A stretch of DNA of 64,000 nt from Candidatus Latescibacterota bacterium (GTDB taxonomy: Bacteria; Latescibacterota; UBA2968; GCA-2709665): positions 320,001 through 384,000 of the forward strand of contig OZ250150.1 in NCBI GenBank assembly GCA_965237675.1, written 5' to 3'. The notes beneath the pieces are model-generated. The model searched no databases. It saw nothing but the letters and a program-made list of their open reading frames with translations, and had not been told where the DNA came from. The translations under genes and the position numbers were made by a program. Position 1 is the first letter of the stretch, and every line of letters begins with the position of its first letter. This document shows, in pieces, positions 32,201-41,019 of the stretch.

Positions 32201-33317
32201 GCGTCACGTCAGCGGGGCCCGCCGCACCCGTGAGGTCACGCAGCGCCGCAGGCGGCATCCTCACCGTCACCCTGGCCGATTGGCCACGGCCGTCGGCGGT
32301 GAACGCACGCACCTCGAACGTATGCTCCCTACCGTTCGTCAGACCACTCACCGCGTGCGTGACCGTGTCGGTAAGGGGCCGGTTCTGCCATCCGATATCG
32401 GTCCAATCCTCAGGCAGGTCCATCCCGTTCTCGGCACGGCGGACTTCAAACCCCGTCACGGCAAGAGCCGTCGGCTCGTCCCACGTCAGCGTCACCATAC
32501 TGTCACCCGCCGACGCGGCGAGGTTCGACGGCGCCGGCCCCAGCACAAACGTCACACGGCTCGAATCGCCCGCGCCGGCCGCGTTCTTCGCGCGCACCTC
32601 GAACGTATGCTCGACCCAATTCGCCGGGCCGCTCACCTCAAGGGACGTCGTGCCGGCATCGCTGCCATAGATTTCCGTCCAACCCTCGATCCATCCCGAA
32701 AAAGCAAGCGTACTGCTCTCGCCGTAGCGCGTTTCATACGCCGTGATGGTGTTGTCATACGGATCGTACCATGCCAGCAGCACCGTCCCCGCACCCGCCG
32801 ACGCTCTCAGACCCTCCGGCGACACGGGCGGCGACACCGGCGTCGCCGTCACCCTGGCCGCCTGGCCCCGTCCATCCGCGGTAAACGCGCGCACCTCGAA
32901 CGTATGCTCCCTACCGTTCGTCAGGCCCGTTACCGGGTGCGTAACCGTGTCGGTACCGACCTTCTTCTTCCAATCGATATCGGTCCAATCCTCCGGCAGG
33001 ACAGCGTCGCTCTCGCCATAGCGGACTTCAAACCCCGTCACCGCAAGAGCCGTCGGCTCGTCCCACGTCAGCGTCACCATACTGTCACCCACGGACGCGG
33101 CGAGGTTCGACGGCGGCAACACGTCCTGCGCAAACACGGGCGGGGAAATCATCGCAATCAACAATACCGCCAGGTACGATGAATTGTGCATAAATGGCAA
33201 GCCGCCCACGACACCGCGTATACGGCCGAGACTCGCCAATCCGGCGACGAACGATTTATATGCCATACGTCCCACAGTCATACCCCCATTCCAATGCGTG
33301 TGTTGCTGCGAAAGCAC
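26223..33317 (-). CDS. giant secreted fibronectin type III / Ig-like repeat protein with a C-terminal dockerin-like domain
   Basis: About 14 FN3 repeats (xPxxLxAxxGDxxVxLxW...YxFEVRA), about 10 Ig-like repeats (C...GGC...VTVTATD), then GDFNGDG...DMNGDGIINWADF. The likely start is ATG 33191 (MHNSSYLAVLLIAMISPPVFA, signal peptide). Confidence 0.93.
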   Translation of the reverse strand: MLSQQHTHWNGGMTVGRMAYKSFVAGLASLGRIRGVVGGLPFMHNSSYLAVLLIAMISPPVFAQDVLPPSNLAASVGDSMVTLTWDEPTALAVTGFEVRYGESDAVLPEDWTDIDWKKKVGTDTVTHPVTGLTNGREHTFEVRAFTADGRGQAARVTATPVSPPVSPEGLRASAGAGTVLLAWYDPYDNTITAYETRYGESSTLAFSGWIEGWTEIYGSDAGTTSLEVSGPANWVEHTFEVRAKNAAGAGDSSRVTFVLGPAPSNLAASAGDSMVTLTWDEPTALAVTGFEVRRAENGMDLPEDWTDIGWQNRPLTDTVTHAVSGLTNGREHTFEVRAFTADGRGQSARVTVRMPPAALRDLTGAAGPADVTLTWDDPGDASITGYQVRYGASGTALPDWSADEVVEKDAGVTTHTVRGLTIDTQYRFEVRAQAGTAYGEATAVTVTTEAATPTNLRATVASGDVVLTWAAPAASVTGYQVLRRVVRSGYSREFRVIATTGRAATTYEDESVGFGWRYAYRVKAMYGEVLSQGSRLARAYVPEPPAAPEGLAAREGDRTVVLTWNDPRDDTLTGYQVRYEESGTRLPTWSGDHDIESDAATTTHEVGGLTNGNEYTFEVRPRNAAGYYGSSRVTATPRPAPAAPDSLVAMAGDGTVVLTWADPGDDTLTGYQVRYGQSRTSLPAWSGDHDVESNANTTRHTVRAVAKGVEYRFEVRARRGSAFGASSGVTARLPLPAPEGLSATPGDGQVTLSWRDPQNPYITQYQVRWAAGAASLPQWSGDHDIESSAATTTHIVEDLTNGRKYTFEVRARVDDVSGASAPSMATLPPPAPADLEATPGDGQVTLSWDDPQNDAITGYQIRYSDTDVEQAPWTVIAGSSSNTVSHTVPDLANGREYTIEVRAHVGTGAGDAASVTVPLPLPLPGAPRNLRAALDDGNVELTWDPPVVHVESVRSYRIAYWYAGRSGTIGTPTAVTRWEYVVYGGEGIVRYTFKVRAVSNEGFGDWSENVTIEVDTGGSTDPLPPPANLAATAGVGQVLLAWTDPDDDTITGYQVRYSDRGAALPAWSDRHNITSTASTTSHPVTGLTDGTAYTFQVRAKKGDVAGASASVTQPVAPGNLSASAGDASATLSWANPQDAAIVGYQVRWAEAGAALPAWGDIGGSGAATTTHAVTGLTDGTAYTFHVRAKAADADGAYAGVTQPAPPGALTASVGDGSVTLSWDDPQNAAVTGYQYRYRVGGGSFTVWTGFTQGGGAATSGTIGGLTNGSRHTFEVRAKAGNVDGAAASLITIPGPPAPPANLRAGAGNGSVTLTWNDPNNDTIDGYHVRYGRSNVNLPDWSDDHIIEDSASKLRHRVTGLTNGREYTFDVRAYNEAGVGVSDSARATPKETPCPTLTIDAIDDVNVNVGGSFTRTATARGGCSPITITMSGAPEGVDPLTAGAGRTKTISSNGIPSPGTHTVTVTATDGRGNTATRVFTITVSCSPLSVASISDVSVKVRKSFTRTATARGGCSPITITMSGAPSQVTMTGTGRTRTISSSDGIPSTGTHNVTVTATDGQGTTATTKFKIRVTEDCPTLTLDSIADVDVVVGESFSRTATARGGCDPINITMSGAPEGVDPLTAGAGRTKTISSDGIPSPGTHTVTVTATDNRGTTATKQFDIIVDCPNVRIASISDTTVTTGSSFTRKASVSGGCGTKTFSKPEEPDWVSIDSQTGVISCNAPTAPGMHNVTIMAQDRYGNNDNEIFKITVEDPPDCDQIEIDDIASVKVKVGGSISITPIVGGGCGGGIDYSMTGTLPAGVTFDSETGVISGTPTAAGEHDDVTITAFDEDDPNNTATTPEFTITVCEPVEIEEIDDVEVPVDTNISITANASGGCGSIKYSIAGNPPGTVVIDEDTGVISGDVRDIPDDYHVTVTATDSDLPGNAATTPGFIIKVVPGGCTVTVGGLSDVTSTVCEAIEAFTATATGCTSPYRFTIMDAPTGVTINESTGVISGTPAQTGDFKNVKVTARSAEDSTGSGSFRMTVGCPTITVGGLPSSTVKATVGQAINAIQASSSGGCGTISYTINENPTGIGINASSGQITGAPTESGAFTVTVTATDGKGCAGEDTFPMKVAACPPLSVASISDVVASRLEAISSIQVSVSGGCAPYTYGLSANASSAGLSVSSSGQISGTPAAIGSWQITASVTDANGTTSSRSFWIRVAEAIIIGPINDMYGELYASFSEGPVDVSGGVTPYDYSLSGQPSGLDVSDSGVIEGTPTESGDFDVTLTVTGEHGRSESILFFIIISSGDFNGDGRADEADSKLFKAKMGMRRSESGYDRRMDMNGDGIINWADFVILTRHIERDASSQGGSGSDTSGG

Positions 33318-33483
33318 GGCACAAAGGCGCCGGCGACAAAAAGGGCTTGCGCCCTCCCGGAGAACCGTCGGTTTGCGACTCTGGCAGGTCAGGGAACCGG
33401 CGGTCTCTCTTTGTGGCGGGACAGCCCGTCAATAACGAATTACAATGCCTGTCACAACCGTATGCAACGTCCGGAATATAGCC

Positions 33484-33504
33484 ATTGAATATACTTTATT
33501 CAAT
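33484..33504. promoter_or_regulatory. inverted repeat, candidate operator upstream of the giant gene
   Basis: attgaata-N5-tattcaat within an AT-rich promoter-like patch. Confidence 0.5.
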
Positions 33505-33785
33505 CTATTCTTTCCGGTTTTATACACACGTCAGCAGTATCCTCGACCGTTATCACGTTTGCGCGTGTGAAGGGTTTCCTTGAACGGGAATGCGGACGGA
33601 TGCGCCGATACGGTAGCCGGCGCCTTGAGTTGAACCCTCACGCCCTATGGAGAGGTGTGGCTACACTTCGCCATGGGATCTACCTTACGAATCTCGGACC
33701 GCGTGGCTGGGCATTCAGTCGTCCGGAGATGGGTTCGTAGACGGGCGTCTGCGGCGACTGCCAGAGCACAACCCAACGGGAGTAC

Positions 33786-36700
33786 CTAAATGAGACGCAG
33801 CAGGGAGCCGTGTGGCTGGATGGCCCGGGTTTCGATCGTGAGGGTCAGCCTGCCGGCTGTATCCTGCGTCTTCAATGTGATCCGCCGGCCGCCATCGAGT
33901 TGGAGGAAGGCGCCCCGGTACGGTGTCCGGATGGAGAACCGGGCCGGAGTCGTGGTTCGCACGCGGAAGGTATCGTCCGAGACCTGTTCGATCCGGAACA
34001 GCGAGGGGATGTGATAGGTCGCGCCCTCATTGAAGGGAAATTCGTCCACGGCGATTCGGCTGGCGGTAGCGGACCTGATGCGGTAAGCCGTCCAGCAGCC
34101 CTGGTCGGGATCCCGGACCCGGACGAAATGGTCCACCAAAGCGTCGGGATGCGGGAGGGTATTGCCGGTCCGGAAGCCCCCGCGGTCCCGGTCGACAATG
34201 TCACCCTCGATCGCAGCAACCTCGAGGGCGACGGTCAGGTCGGTGGAGACGAAGCGGGTGGCTTCCGCCAGAAAGAGCGATTGCCGGGCATTCTCGCTTC
34301 GGGTGTAAACGGCGGCGCGGCCGGCAAAGGCGACGTCATCGAAGGTGCGTTCGGTCTGATCCAGGGTCAGGATAACCGTGTCGGCGCCCGTTCGACGGCC
34401 GATGCGGAGCGCGACAGGTCCGCTGGCGTCGCCGGGAAGACAAATAGGTTGAACTTCGCAGATGTCGGGGTCGTTCCGGAAATGGTCGATTACGGCGACA
34501 AACGTGTTTCCGGGGCCGGCTTCGGCTTTGCGGGCGAAGAGATAGTCGTGGCGGGCGCCGATTTCAGCATGGTCCCGCTGGCCGGGGCCTTCGCCCAGGA
34601 TGATCTCGTCGACGGGCGACACCAGCCGCGCGCGCATGGTCATGCCGCAATCCCTCCAGGAGACGGCCCACTGAGCCGCGGGTCTGCCCACACGGAGTTT
34701 CCCGATGTCTTTTCCGAGTAAACCCGGACGCTCCTCCAGCGGAATCGGACGGTCATCGGCGGGCGGCGTGCTGATACGGCCTTCGCCATGGATGGCGTAG
34801 TCGTGGACCGCGCCGCCCCTGACGCGGAAGACGTCGACCAGGTAGGCGGGGCCCGCACCGGTGTGAATCATAACGCAACAACGCCGGTACGTTTCGGCCT
34901 GCTCATAGGCTCTGCAGTCGGCTTCGATAATCTTCGTGTCCGGCGACGTGGCCATGAGCCGGAGGTTGCCGGGAGGTCGGCGGTCCCGCAGGAGTTGTTC
35001 CTGTTCGTCCATGACCACCAGGTTATGCTTGAGGGTGCTTCGGATACTTGCGTTCAGGGGATGGTCGCCTATGTATCCCAGGTCGGAAAGGACCTCCACT
35101 CCTTCCGCTATCATGGCGATGTTGAGGGCGTCCGGGTGGTCATGACCTTCCGGTTTGTAAAAGTCCATCAGGAAGGTGGCCGTTCCGGTGAGATCGGGCT
35201 GGAACATGCCATCGTAGCCGGTGTTGAAGATTGCCAGCAGCCAGCCGGGGAAGAACCGGTCGCGCACGGGCGGCGGCGCCGTGGGTTCGAGTTCCGCGGG
35301 ACGGTTGAAGAGGGCGAATGCGTCCCCCGTGTCCAGCCGTACGAATGGGGCAAAATCGTCGCCTAATCGCACGAGACCCAGGTTGTGAATCCACGCGGGA
35401 TAGGGCCAGTCCGACGGACCCTCGCACGCGTCGGCGGCGTGGGGCAGGCGACCGTCGGGCAACGTCATCAGGGTTCTCGCGCGGAGTACGGTGTGGTAGG
35501 GACCGCCACGGGCATACAGGTTCAGGTCGTCGTAGCGGTCTCTGCCGCGGTATGTGGGAGGATCGGAATACCCGTGGACGACTTCGGGCAGATTTCGCAC
35601 GTTGGCCACGGCGTAGAGGTAATAGCTGGAGCCCTCGGCGGTGCTGCCGTCGAATTTGAAGAACCCCTTCAGGTAGGGTTCAAAACTCTCGACGCCCCGA
35701 TGGACGTAGTCCGGGGCGCCCAGAAAGCGGCCGAGAACGACTTCGCCCTCGCGGCAACCCGCAACTTTGTTGTTCAGGCCCTCCCAGTGGGTGAACGTGA
35801 AGAGGCCCTCCACCAGCAGGTCTTTGACGATGCGCTCGCGTTCCTGTTCGGTCAGGTAGAGGTGTCCATGGCCGTCCTTTTCGTCCCAGAGCAGATCCAG
35901 GGCTTCCGCGAACATAGAGATGAAATGGGCTTCGGACTGCACGCCGCCGCCCGAAAGGCGCCCGCAACCCCAGAACGTTTGAATGAGTCTTCCGCTGTTC
36001 ATCGGGGAGCGGGCGTTCTGGTCCGGACAGGGGTTGACTTCGTATCGGGCGATACCCGTGTCCTGCGCCATGAGTTCGCAGGCGTAAAGGGGATCGCAGT
36101 CCATGTAAGTGTTCCAGTAGTCGCGGAAGAGATAGGTGGGATAGACGGCGGCAAAGCGTTTCAGGATGGCCGCCGCCGCGCGGGCATAGCGACCCTCGCC
36201 TTCCATGCGATAGAGGATGGCCAGATTGCGCGCCACCGCCGGCATGCGGTGGGTTTTCTGCTGTCGGACGGCGCCGCTATATGAGGAATGGACCCGGCGC
36301 CCGGCCCAGATGAAGGCGTTGCGGCCGGTGGTGAATTCGAGGTCGTTTTTTTCTTCGGGACGGATGTAATAAGTAAGGGTCTGCCCGGAGCGCGGCAGTT
36401 CCAGGCGCCCCTCTTCGGGAAAGGCCGCGTCGGTCATGGTGGCGCCGCAGTGGAAACACACGAGTTTGTCGGGGTCGCGGTCGTTCCATTGCATGCGGTA
36501 GGTGTTGTCCGCGCCGCAGGCGGGGCAGAATGTCCCGTAGATTTGCGTAGGCGTCAGACACGGGACCATGTCGGCAATCCAGGCATCTGATCGGTCCGCA
36601 TAGTAATCCCCCAGTTCGAGCAGCCCTTCGTAGTGCTGTTTTGCCCAATCGTGGCGGCGAATATTGGCGCGGGCGATACTGAGGTTGTCGTCCTTTATAC

Positions 36701-36806
36701 TCAGGCAGGGGTGCTCAACAACACTGGCGCCTCGATAGGACCTCGCCTTCTGTTCTTCCAGGCGACGCCTGCATTCTTTCTCTTCACAGCTGTTCCAGGC
36801 CGGCAT
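33786..36806 (-). CDS. heparinase II/III-family polysaccharide lyase-like protein
   Basis: Motifs DGSTAEGSSYY, GHDHPDALNI, DLGY, STLKHNLVVMDE, YLVDVFRVRGGAVHDY. AGGAGG precedes ATG 36806. Confidence 0.85.
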   Translation of the reverse strand: MPAWNSCEEKECRRRLEEQKARSYRGASVVEHPCLSIKDDNLSIARANIRRHDWAKQHYEGLLELGDYYADRSDAWIADMVPCLTPTQIYGTFCPACGADNTYRMQWNDRDPDKLVCFHCGATMTDAAFPEEGRLELPRSGQTLTYYIRPEEKNDLEFTTGRNAFIWAGRRVHSSYSGAVRQQKTHRMPAVARNLAILYRMEGEGRYARAAAAILKRFAAVYPTYLFRDYWNTYMDCDPLYACELMAQDTGIARYEVNPCPDQNARSPMNSGRLIQTFWGCGRLSGGGVQSEAHFISMFAEALDLLWDEKDGHGHLYLTEQERERIVKDLLVEGLFTFTHWEGLNNKVAGCREGEVVLGRFLGAPDYVHRGVESFEPYLKGFFKFDGSTAEGSSYYLYAVANVRNLPEVVHGYSDPPTYRGRDRYDDLNLYARGGPYHTVLRARTLMTLPDGRLPHAADACEGPSDWPYPAWIHNLGLVRLGDDFAPFVRLDTGDAFALFNRPAELEPTAPPPVRDRFFPGWLLAIFNTGYDGMFQPDLTGTATFLMDFYKPEGHDHPDALNIAMIAEGVEVLSDLGYIGDHPLNASIRSTLKHNLVVMDEQEQLLRDRRPPGNLRLMATSPDTKIIEADCRAYEQAETYRRCCVMIHTGAGPAYLVDVFRVRGGAVHDYAIHGEGRISTPPADDRPIPLEERPGLLGKDIGKLRVGRPAAQWAVSWRDCGMTMRARLVSPVDEIILGEGPGQRDHAEIGARHDYLFARKAEAGPGNTFVAVIDHFRNDPDICEVQPICLPGDASGPVALRIGRRTGADTVILTLDQTERTFDDVAFAGRAAVYTRSENARQSLFLAEATRFVSTDLTVALEVAAIEGDIVDRDRGGFRTGNTLPHPDALVDHFVRVRDPDQGCWTAYRIRSATASRIAVDEFPFNEGATYHIPSLFRIEQVSDDTFRVRTTTPARFSIRTPYRGAFLQLDGGRRITLKTQDTAGRLTLTIETRAIQPHGSLLRLI

Positions 36807-37376
36807 GGGACCTCCTGTTAAATCGTTCGTAAAACGCCACATACTCGCGCCGCTTGCAAGGCTTCCTCAAGTACGCCCTTCCGACGACGCTTTTCCCGCG
36901 CACTCGTGTTGGAAATTACGAAATTAATACATCGCTTGGACGCGACCGATGCGCATATCGAAGAGACGATTTTACGGAAATTCCAGGGTATCAGAAGTCA
37001 ATGTGAAATCCCGTTGAAGCGCCTGCGGCGGTCGAAAAAACCAAAATGGAGAAGGCGTCTGCGTCTGTCAAGAGAAAAGAACGATTCGGACGGATTCACG
37101 AAGCTTAACGGTGCCCGGCCTGGAATCCGATCCCGAGACCCGAAAGCGAAGGGTCATATCTTTTTGAAAACAAATAACCTGAAAGCTTATCGGGGACGCC
37201 GGCCGCACCGTAAGACTCTAAAGAAAACTTGATATTGTGCGCAACAATCCTTTATTTGTAAGGGTGGTTCCGGCAGGGGCGGGCAGCCCCGGGCAGGTCA
37301 GAACGGGGTCAGAGTCTCCGTTCAGGACGCAACGGGATCGCGTTTTTTCGTGACGCAATGAACGGAGTCGCGTAGA

Positions 37377-38744
37377 ATGGAAAATCACTTTGACGTGATC
37401 GTAATCGGGAGCGGGCCGGGCGGAGAGGGGGCGGCGATGAAGGCGACCAAGGAGGGGAAGCGGGTCGCCGTGGTGGATGACCGGCCCCGGGTTGGCGGAA
37501 GTTGCACGCATCAGACCACCATTCCCAGCAAGGCGCTGCGGCACGCCATCCAAAAGCTCGTTGATACCGGTCGGTACAACGACTCCCGGTTTCAGGATCT
37601 TCTGCAGACTGCGGAGGGAGTGATCCGTCAGCAGGTCGACTTACGCGCGGGATTCTACACCAGGAACTTTGTGGATGTGATCCACGGACGCGCCGCGTTC
37701 GAGGACAGTCATGGAATTCAGGTCCGCCTGCAAAACGGGGGTATGAGACATTATCGCGCGGACGGATTCGTCATCGCCACCGGTGCGCGGCCATACCATC
37801 CCCCGGACGTGGATTTTTCGCATCCGCGCATCGTGGACAGCGATTCGATACTGGGGTTCCAGGAACATCCCAGGTCGGTGACAATTTACGGGGCGGGGGT
37901 GATCGGCTGCGAGTATGCGTCTATTTTCAGAGGTCTGCAGATCAAGGTGAATCTGATTAACAGTCTGGACCGTCTGCTGGCATTCCTGGACGACGAGATC
38001 GTGGATGCGCTGAGCTATCATCTGCGTGAACAGGGTGTGCTGATCAGGCACAACGAGGAATACGAACGGGTGGCGGCGGACGATCTCGGCGTACGCCTGC
38101 ACCTCAAGTCCAATAAGGAAATCCTCAGCGACTGCCTGTTCTGGGCGCAAGGCCGAACTGGGAATTCGGATCGGATGGGTCTCGAGGAAATCGGCATCCA
38201 GCGAGACCATAGGGGCGCGGTTGTCGTGAACGAATACTACCAGACGGCTCAGAGCCACATCTACGCGGTGGGCGATGTGGTGGGGTATCCCAACCTGGCC
38301 AGCGCGGCATACGACCATGGGCGGTTCGCGGCCACTCATCTGATATCCGGGGAATGCGAGGCGCATCTGGTCAAAGATATCCCAACGGGGATTTACACGC
38401 TTCCCGAAATCAGTTCGGTGGGGCTGACGGAACAGGAATTGACGTCGAACAAGATTCCCTACGAGGTTGGACACGCGTCATTCAGACACCTTGCCCGGGC
38501 GCAGATCACGGGTCGGACCACAGGGATGTTGAAAATCCTGTTTCATCGGGAGACGTTGGAGATTCTGGGCATCCATTGTTTCGGATCCGAAGCATCGGAA
38601 ATTGTCCACATCGGCCAGGCAATTATGGCGCAGAAAGGCGGCGGCAATACGCTGATGTACTTCATCAACACAACGTTCAACTATCCAACAATGGCCGAAG
38701 CCTACCGGGTGGCGGCGCTCAACGGGCTGAACAGGGTGCGATAA
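37377..38744 (+). CDS. sthA: soluble pyridine nucleotide transhydrogenase
   Basis: [27 protein letters not shown] (no redox CxxxxC), and C-terminal [26 protein letters not shown]. Confidence 0.95.
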   Translation: MENHFDVIVIGSGPGGEGAAMKATKEGKRVAVVDDRPRVGGSCTHQTTIPSKALRHAIQKLVDTGRYNDSRFQDLLQTAEGVIRQQVDLRAGFYTRNFVDVIHGRAAFEDSHGIQVRLQNGGMRHYRADGFVIATGARPYHPPDVDFSHPRIVDSDSILGFQEHPRSVTIYGAGVIGCEYASIFRGLQIKVNLINSLDRLLAFLDDEIVDALSYHLREQGVLIRHNEEYERVAADDLGVRLHLKSNKEILSDCLFWAQGRTGNSDRMGLEEIGIQRDHRGAVVVNEYYQTAQSHIYAVGDVVGYPNLASAAYDHGRFAATHLISGECEAHLVKDIPTGIYTLPEISSVGLTEQELTSNKIPYEVGHASFRHLARAQITGRTTGMLKILFHRETLEILGIHCFGSEASEIVHIGQAIMAQKGGGNTLMYFINTTFNYPTMAEAYRVAALNGLNRVR

Positions 38745-38825
38745 GCCGGACATCTGAAAGACTCCCGGGACCAAGTGTAACGAGAGTTCCGTATTCCCCC
38801 GGAAGGGGGACCACAACAGCACAGG

Positions 38826-39512
38826 ATGTTGGCGCCTATGCGGTCGAATGCGGATTCAACCGCCCCGAATCTTGATATCATCTATGTCGACAACCACCTG
38901 CTGGTGGTCCGGAAACCCGCGGGAATGCTTGTACAGGGAGACCGCACGGGTGACCGGTCGCTGCTGGAATACGGCAAGGCGTACGTTAAGGCGGCGTTCA
39001 ACAAACCGGGCGACGCCTTTCTGGGGCTGGTGCATCGGCTGGACCGACCGACATCCGGGGTCATGGTTTTTGCCCGGACGTCCAAGGCCGCGGCCAGGCT
39101 TTCGGAACAGTTTCGAGCCCGTCAGATTGGAAAGATCTACTGGGCGCTGGTGGAGGGAAAGACGCCCCGAGAGGGCCGCATGGCGGATACGCTGTTGCGC
39201 GCCGGACCCTCAAGTACGGTGTCCGACAGGGGGCAGGAAGCGGTGCTCGCGTTCCGGAGATTGCGATTCGAACGGGGGATATCGTGGGTGGAGGTCAGGC
39301 CGAAAACGGGCAGGCATCATCAGATCCGGGTACAGTTCGCGCACCGCGGGCATCCCGTTGTCGGGGATTTCCGATACGGAGGGAGAGTCAGATTTCCGGA
39401 GAAAAGCCTGGCGCTCCATGCGCGAGCCCTCACGCTTCTGCATCCGACCCGGAAGGAGGAGATGACGTTCACGGCGGCCCCTGAGGTGTTCTGGCCGGCG
39501 AAATTCCGGTAA
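38826..39512 (+). CDS. RluA-family pseudouridine synthase
   Basis: Motifs KPAG, VHRLDRPTSG, TGRHHQIRVQ, GHPVVGDFRYG, LHA. Confidence 0.93.
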   Translation: MLAPMRSNADSTAPNLDIIYVDNHLLVVRKPAGMLVQGDRTGDRSLLEYGKAYVKAAFNKPGDAFLGLVHRLDRPTSGVMVFARTSKAAARLSEQFRARQIGKIYWALVEGKTPREGRMADTLLRAGPSSTVSDRGQEAVLAFRRLRFERGISWVEVRPKTGRHHQIRVQFAHRGHPVVGDFRYGGRVRFPEKSLALHARALTLLHPTRKEEMTFTAAPEVFWPAKFR

Positions 39513-39835
39513 GGCGAAGCGAGCGTCCGGTGGGGCTCCGGCGGTGGTTGCCCGGCACATGGAATGCGGGTGACGCCGTACCATTGTCCTTTACTTGGAA
39601 GTACGGCACAGCAGACGGATTCGAATTCATTAAGCCGAAAGAAGATTGTGAGTGAACCGGAACGAACAGCAGCCGTTGTCGTACCGGGCACGGGCGGACT
39701 GCCGGGCGCGCCTCCGCCGGGTGGGACGATCAATCTGACGTAGGACGCAAGCCTGCGCGAGGCTCCCAGCGCATCCCGAAGGCCGTCGGAAGTCGAGGCC
39801 GTCTGGCGAGAATCGCCCCGCGTAATGGTTGCAAA

Positions 39836-39859
39836 CAGGGCGCATCTTGATGCGCCCTG
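39836..39859. terminator. hairpin just downstream of the DHDPS-family gene, possible terminator
   Basis: cagggcgcatc-tt-gatgcgccctg, between convergent genes. Confidence 0.55.
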
Positions 39860-39861
39860 AT

Positions 39862-40734
39862 TTATGTCAGCAGCGGCTTCATGGCGTCTCTGAGTTCCGC
39901 CATTTCGGCTTCCGTGAGCGGCTGTACGGGCTTGCGGCAGGGACCCACGGGTCTGCCGGAGAGGTTGGTGGCGGCTTTTACGGACGCGTTGTAAACGTGA
40001 GTCCAGAAAAAACGGTTGGTGGGAAACATGCGCCGCCAGAGGTCCCTTGCCTCGGAAAGATGTCCGCCGGCGACCAGATTATAGAGATCGACGGCTTCTT
40101 TCGGCATGGCGTTGACCGCCCCCCACACGCAGCCCGGGCATCCTGCAACCAGGCTGAAGAAGGCGATGGGATCCCCGCCGTTGAAGACCTCGGCGCCAAT
40201 GGCCAGCAGTTCCTGGATACGCAGTATGTCCGCCGTGCTGTCCTTGATATATCGAACGTTCTCTATTTCCATGAGGCGTTTGAAGAAGGCCGGGGTAATA
40301 TCGATGCCCGTGTGGACGGGGATGTTGTAAACCATGATCGGCGTGCTGACGGCGTCGGAGATTTCCGCATAGTGCGCGTACACGCCTTCCATGTCCGGGC
40401 CTTCAAAGTAGGGCGGCAGCACAAGAAGGCAGTCGGCGCCCACGCCCTCGGCGTGTTTGGCGTACTCGATCGTCTCCGACGTGCTGACCGCTGAGGCCAT
40501 GGCCACAAAGTCGGCCCTGCCGTCGACGTGTTCGGCAGCCAGTTCGGCGAGGCGCCTGCGTTCCCCCGGTCGAAGACAGGCGAACTCGCCCGTGCCGCCG
40601 TTGATGAGAATACTGTGGACGCCGGCTTCCAGCATGGAGTCGATATGATTTTTTAGCGCGGTTTCGTCGATCTGTTCTCCGTCGCCGGTAAAGGGCGTGC
40701 ACAGGGCCGCGCAGATGCCTTTGAGTGCTTTCAT
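39862..40734 (-). CDS. dihydrodipicolinate synthase / N-acetylneuraminate lyase family protein
   Basis: Motifs ALCTPF, NGGTGEF, LPPYF, VYNIP and Schiff-base YIKDST. GGAGG RBS before MKALKG. Confidence 0.92.
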   Translation of the reverse strand: MKALKGICAALCTPFTGDGEQIDETALKNHIDSMLEAGVHSILINGGTGEFACLRPGERRRLAELAAEHVDGRADFVAMASAVSTSETIEYAKHAEGVGADCLLVLPPYFEGPDMEGVYAHYAEISDAVSTPIMVYNIPVHTGIDITPAFFKRLMEIENVRYIKDSTADILRIQELLAIGAEVFNGGDPIAFFSLVAGCPGCVWGAVNAMPKEAVDLYNLVAGGHLSEARDLWRRMFPTNRFFWTHVYNASVKAATNLSGRPVGPCRKPVQPLTEAEMAELRDAMKPLLT

Positions 40735-41019
40735 TCCGGTCTCCTCCATTGATGAATCGGACGCCGTAAAGCGGAACACGTACCCATCGGCGAAGTGTAC
40801 AGATGGGTGGTCTTACGGACGTTTTGCGAAGGTAACGTGAAATCCTGTTTTATCCAAGTGCGCTTTCGGGAGGGTGAATCGAGTAGAGGATCAGGGGGTG
40901 AGAAGGGTCTTGACACTGACCGGGGAAAAATCAATATTGGCGGAAATCAGAAACAGTCCGTTCGTCGGTTTTAACGTCGTCCAGGGGCTCGCATTGTCGG
41001 ACTTTCGGAGGAGGTTGAC

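Noticed and set aside
28066-33182. Long plus-strand ORFs opposite the giant gene (and similar antisense ORFs such as 1367..2593, 43182..44480, 46919..48217)
   Set aside because: Antisense shadows expected from high-GC codon bias.
33338-33380. c-di-GMP-I riboswitch (gcaaacc...gggcgcaagcc resemblance)
   Set aside because: The first stem pairs poorly, has no GNRA loop, and no receptor-bearing second stem follows. Kept only as an unassigned structured leader.
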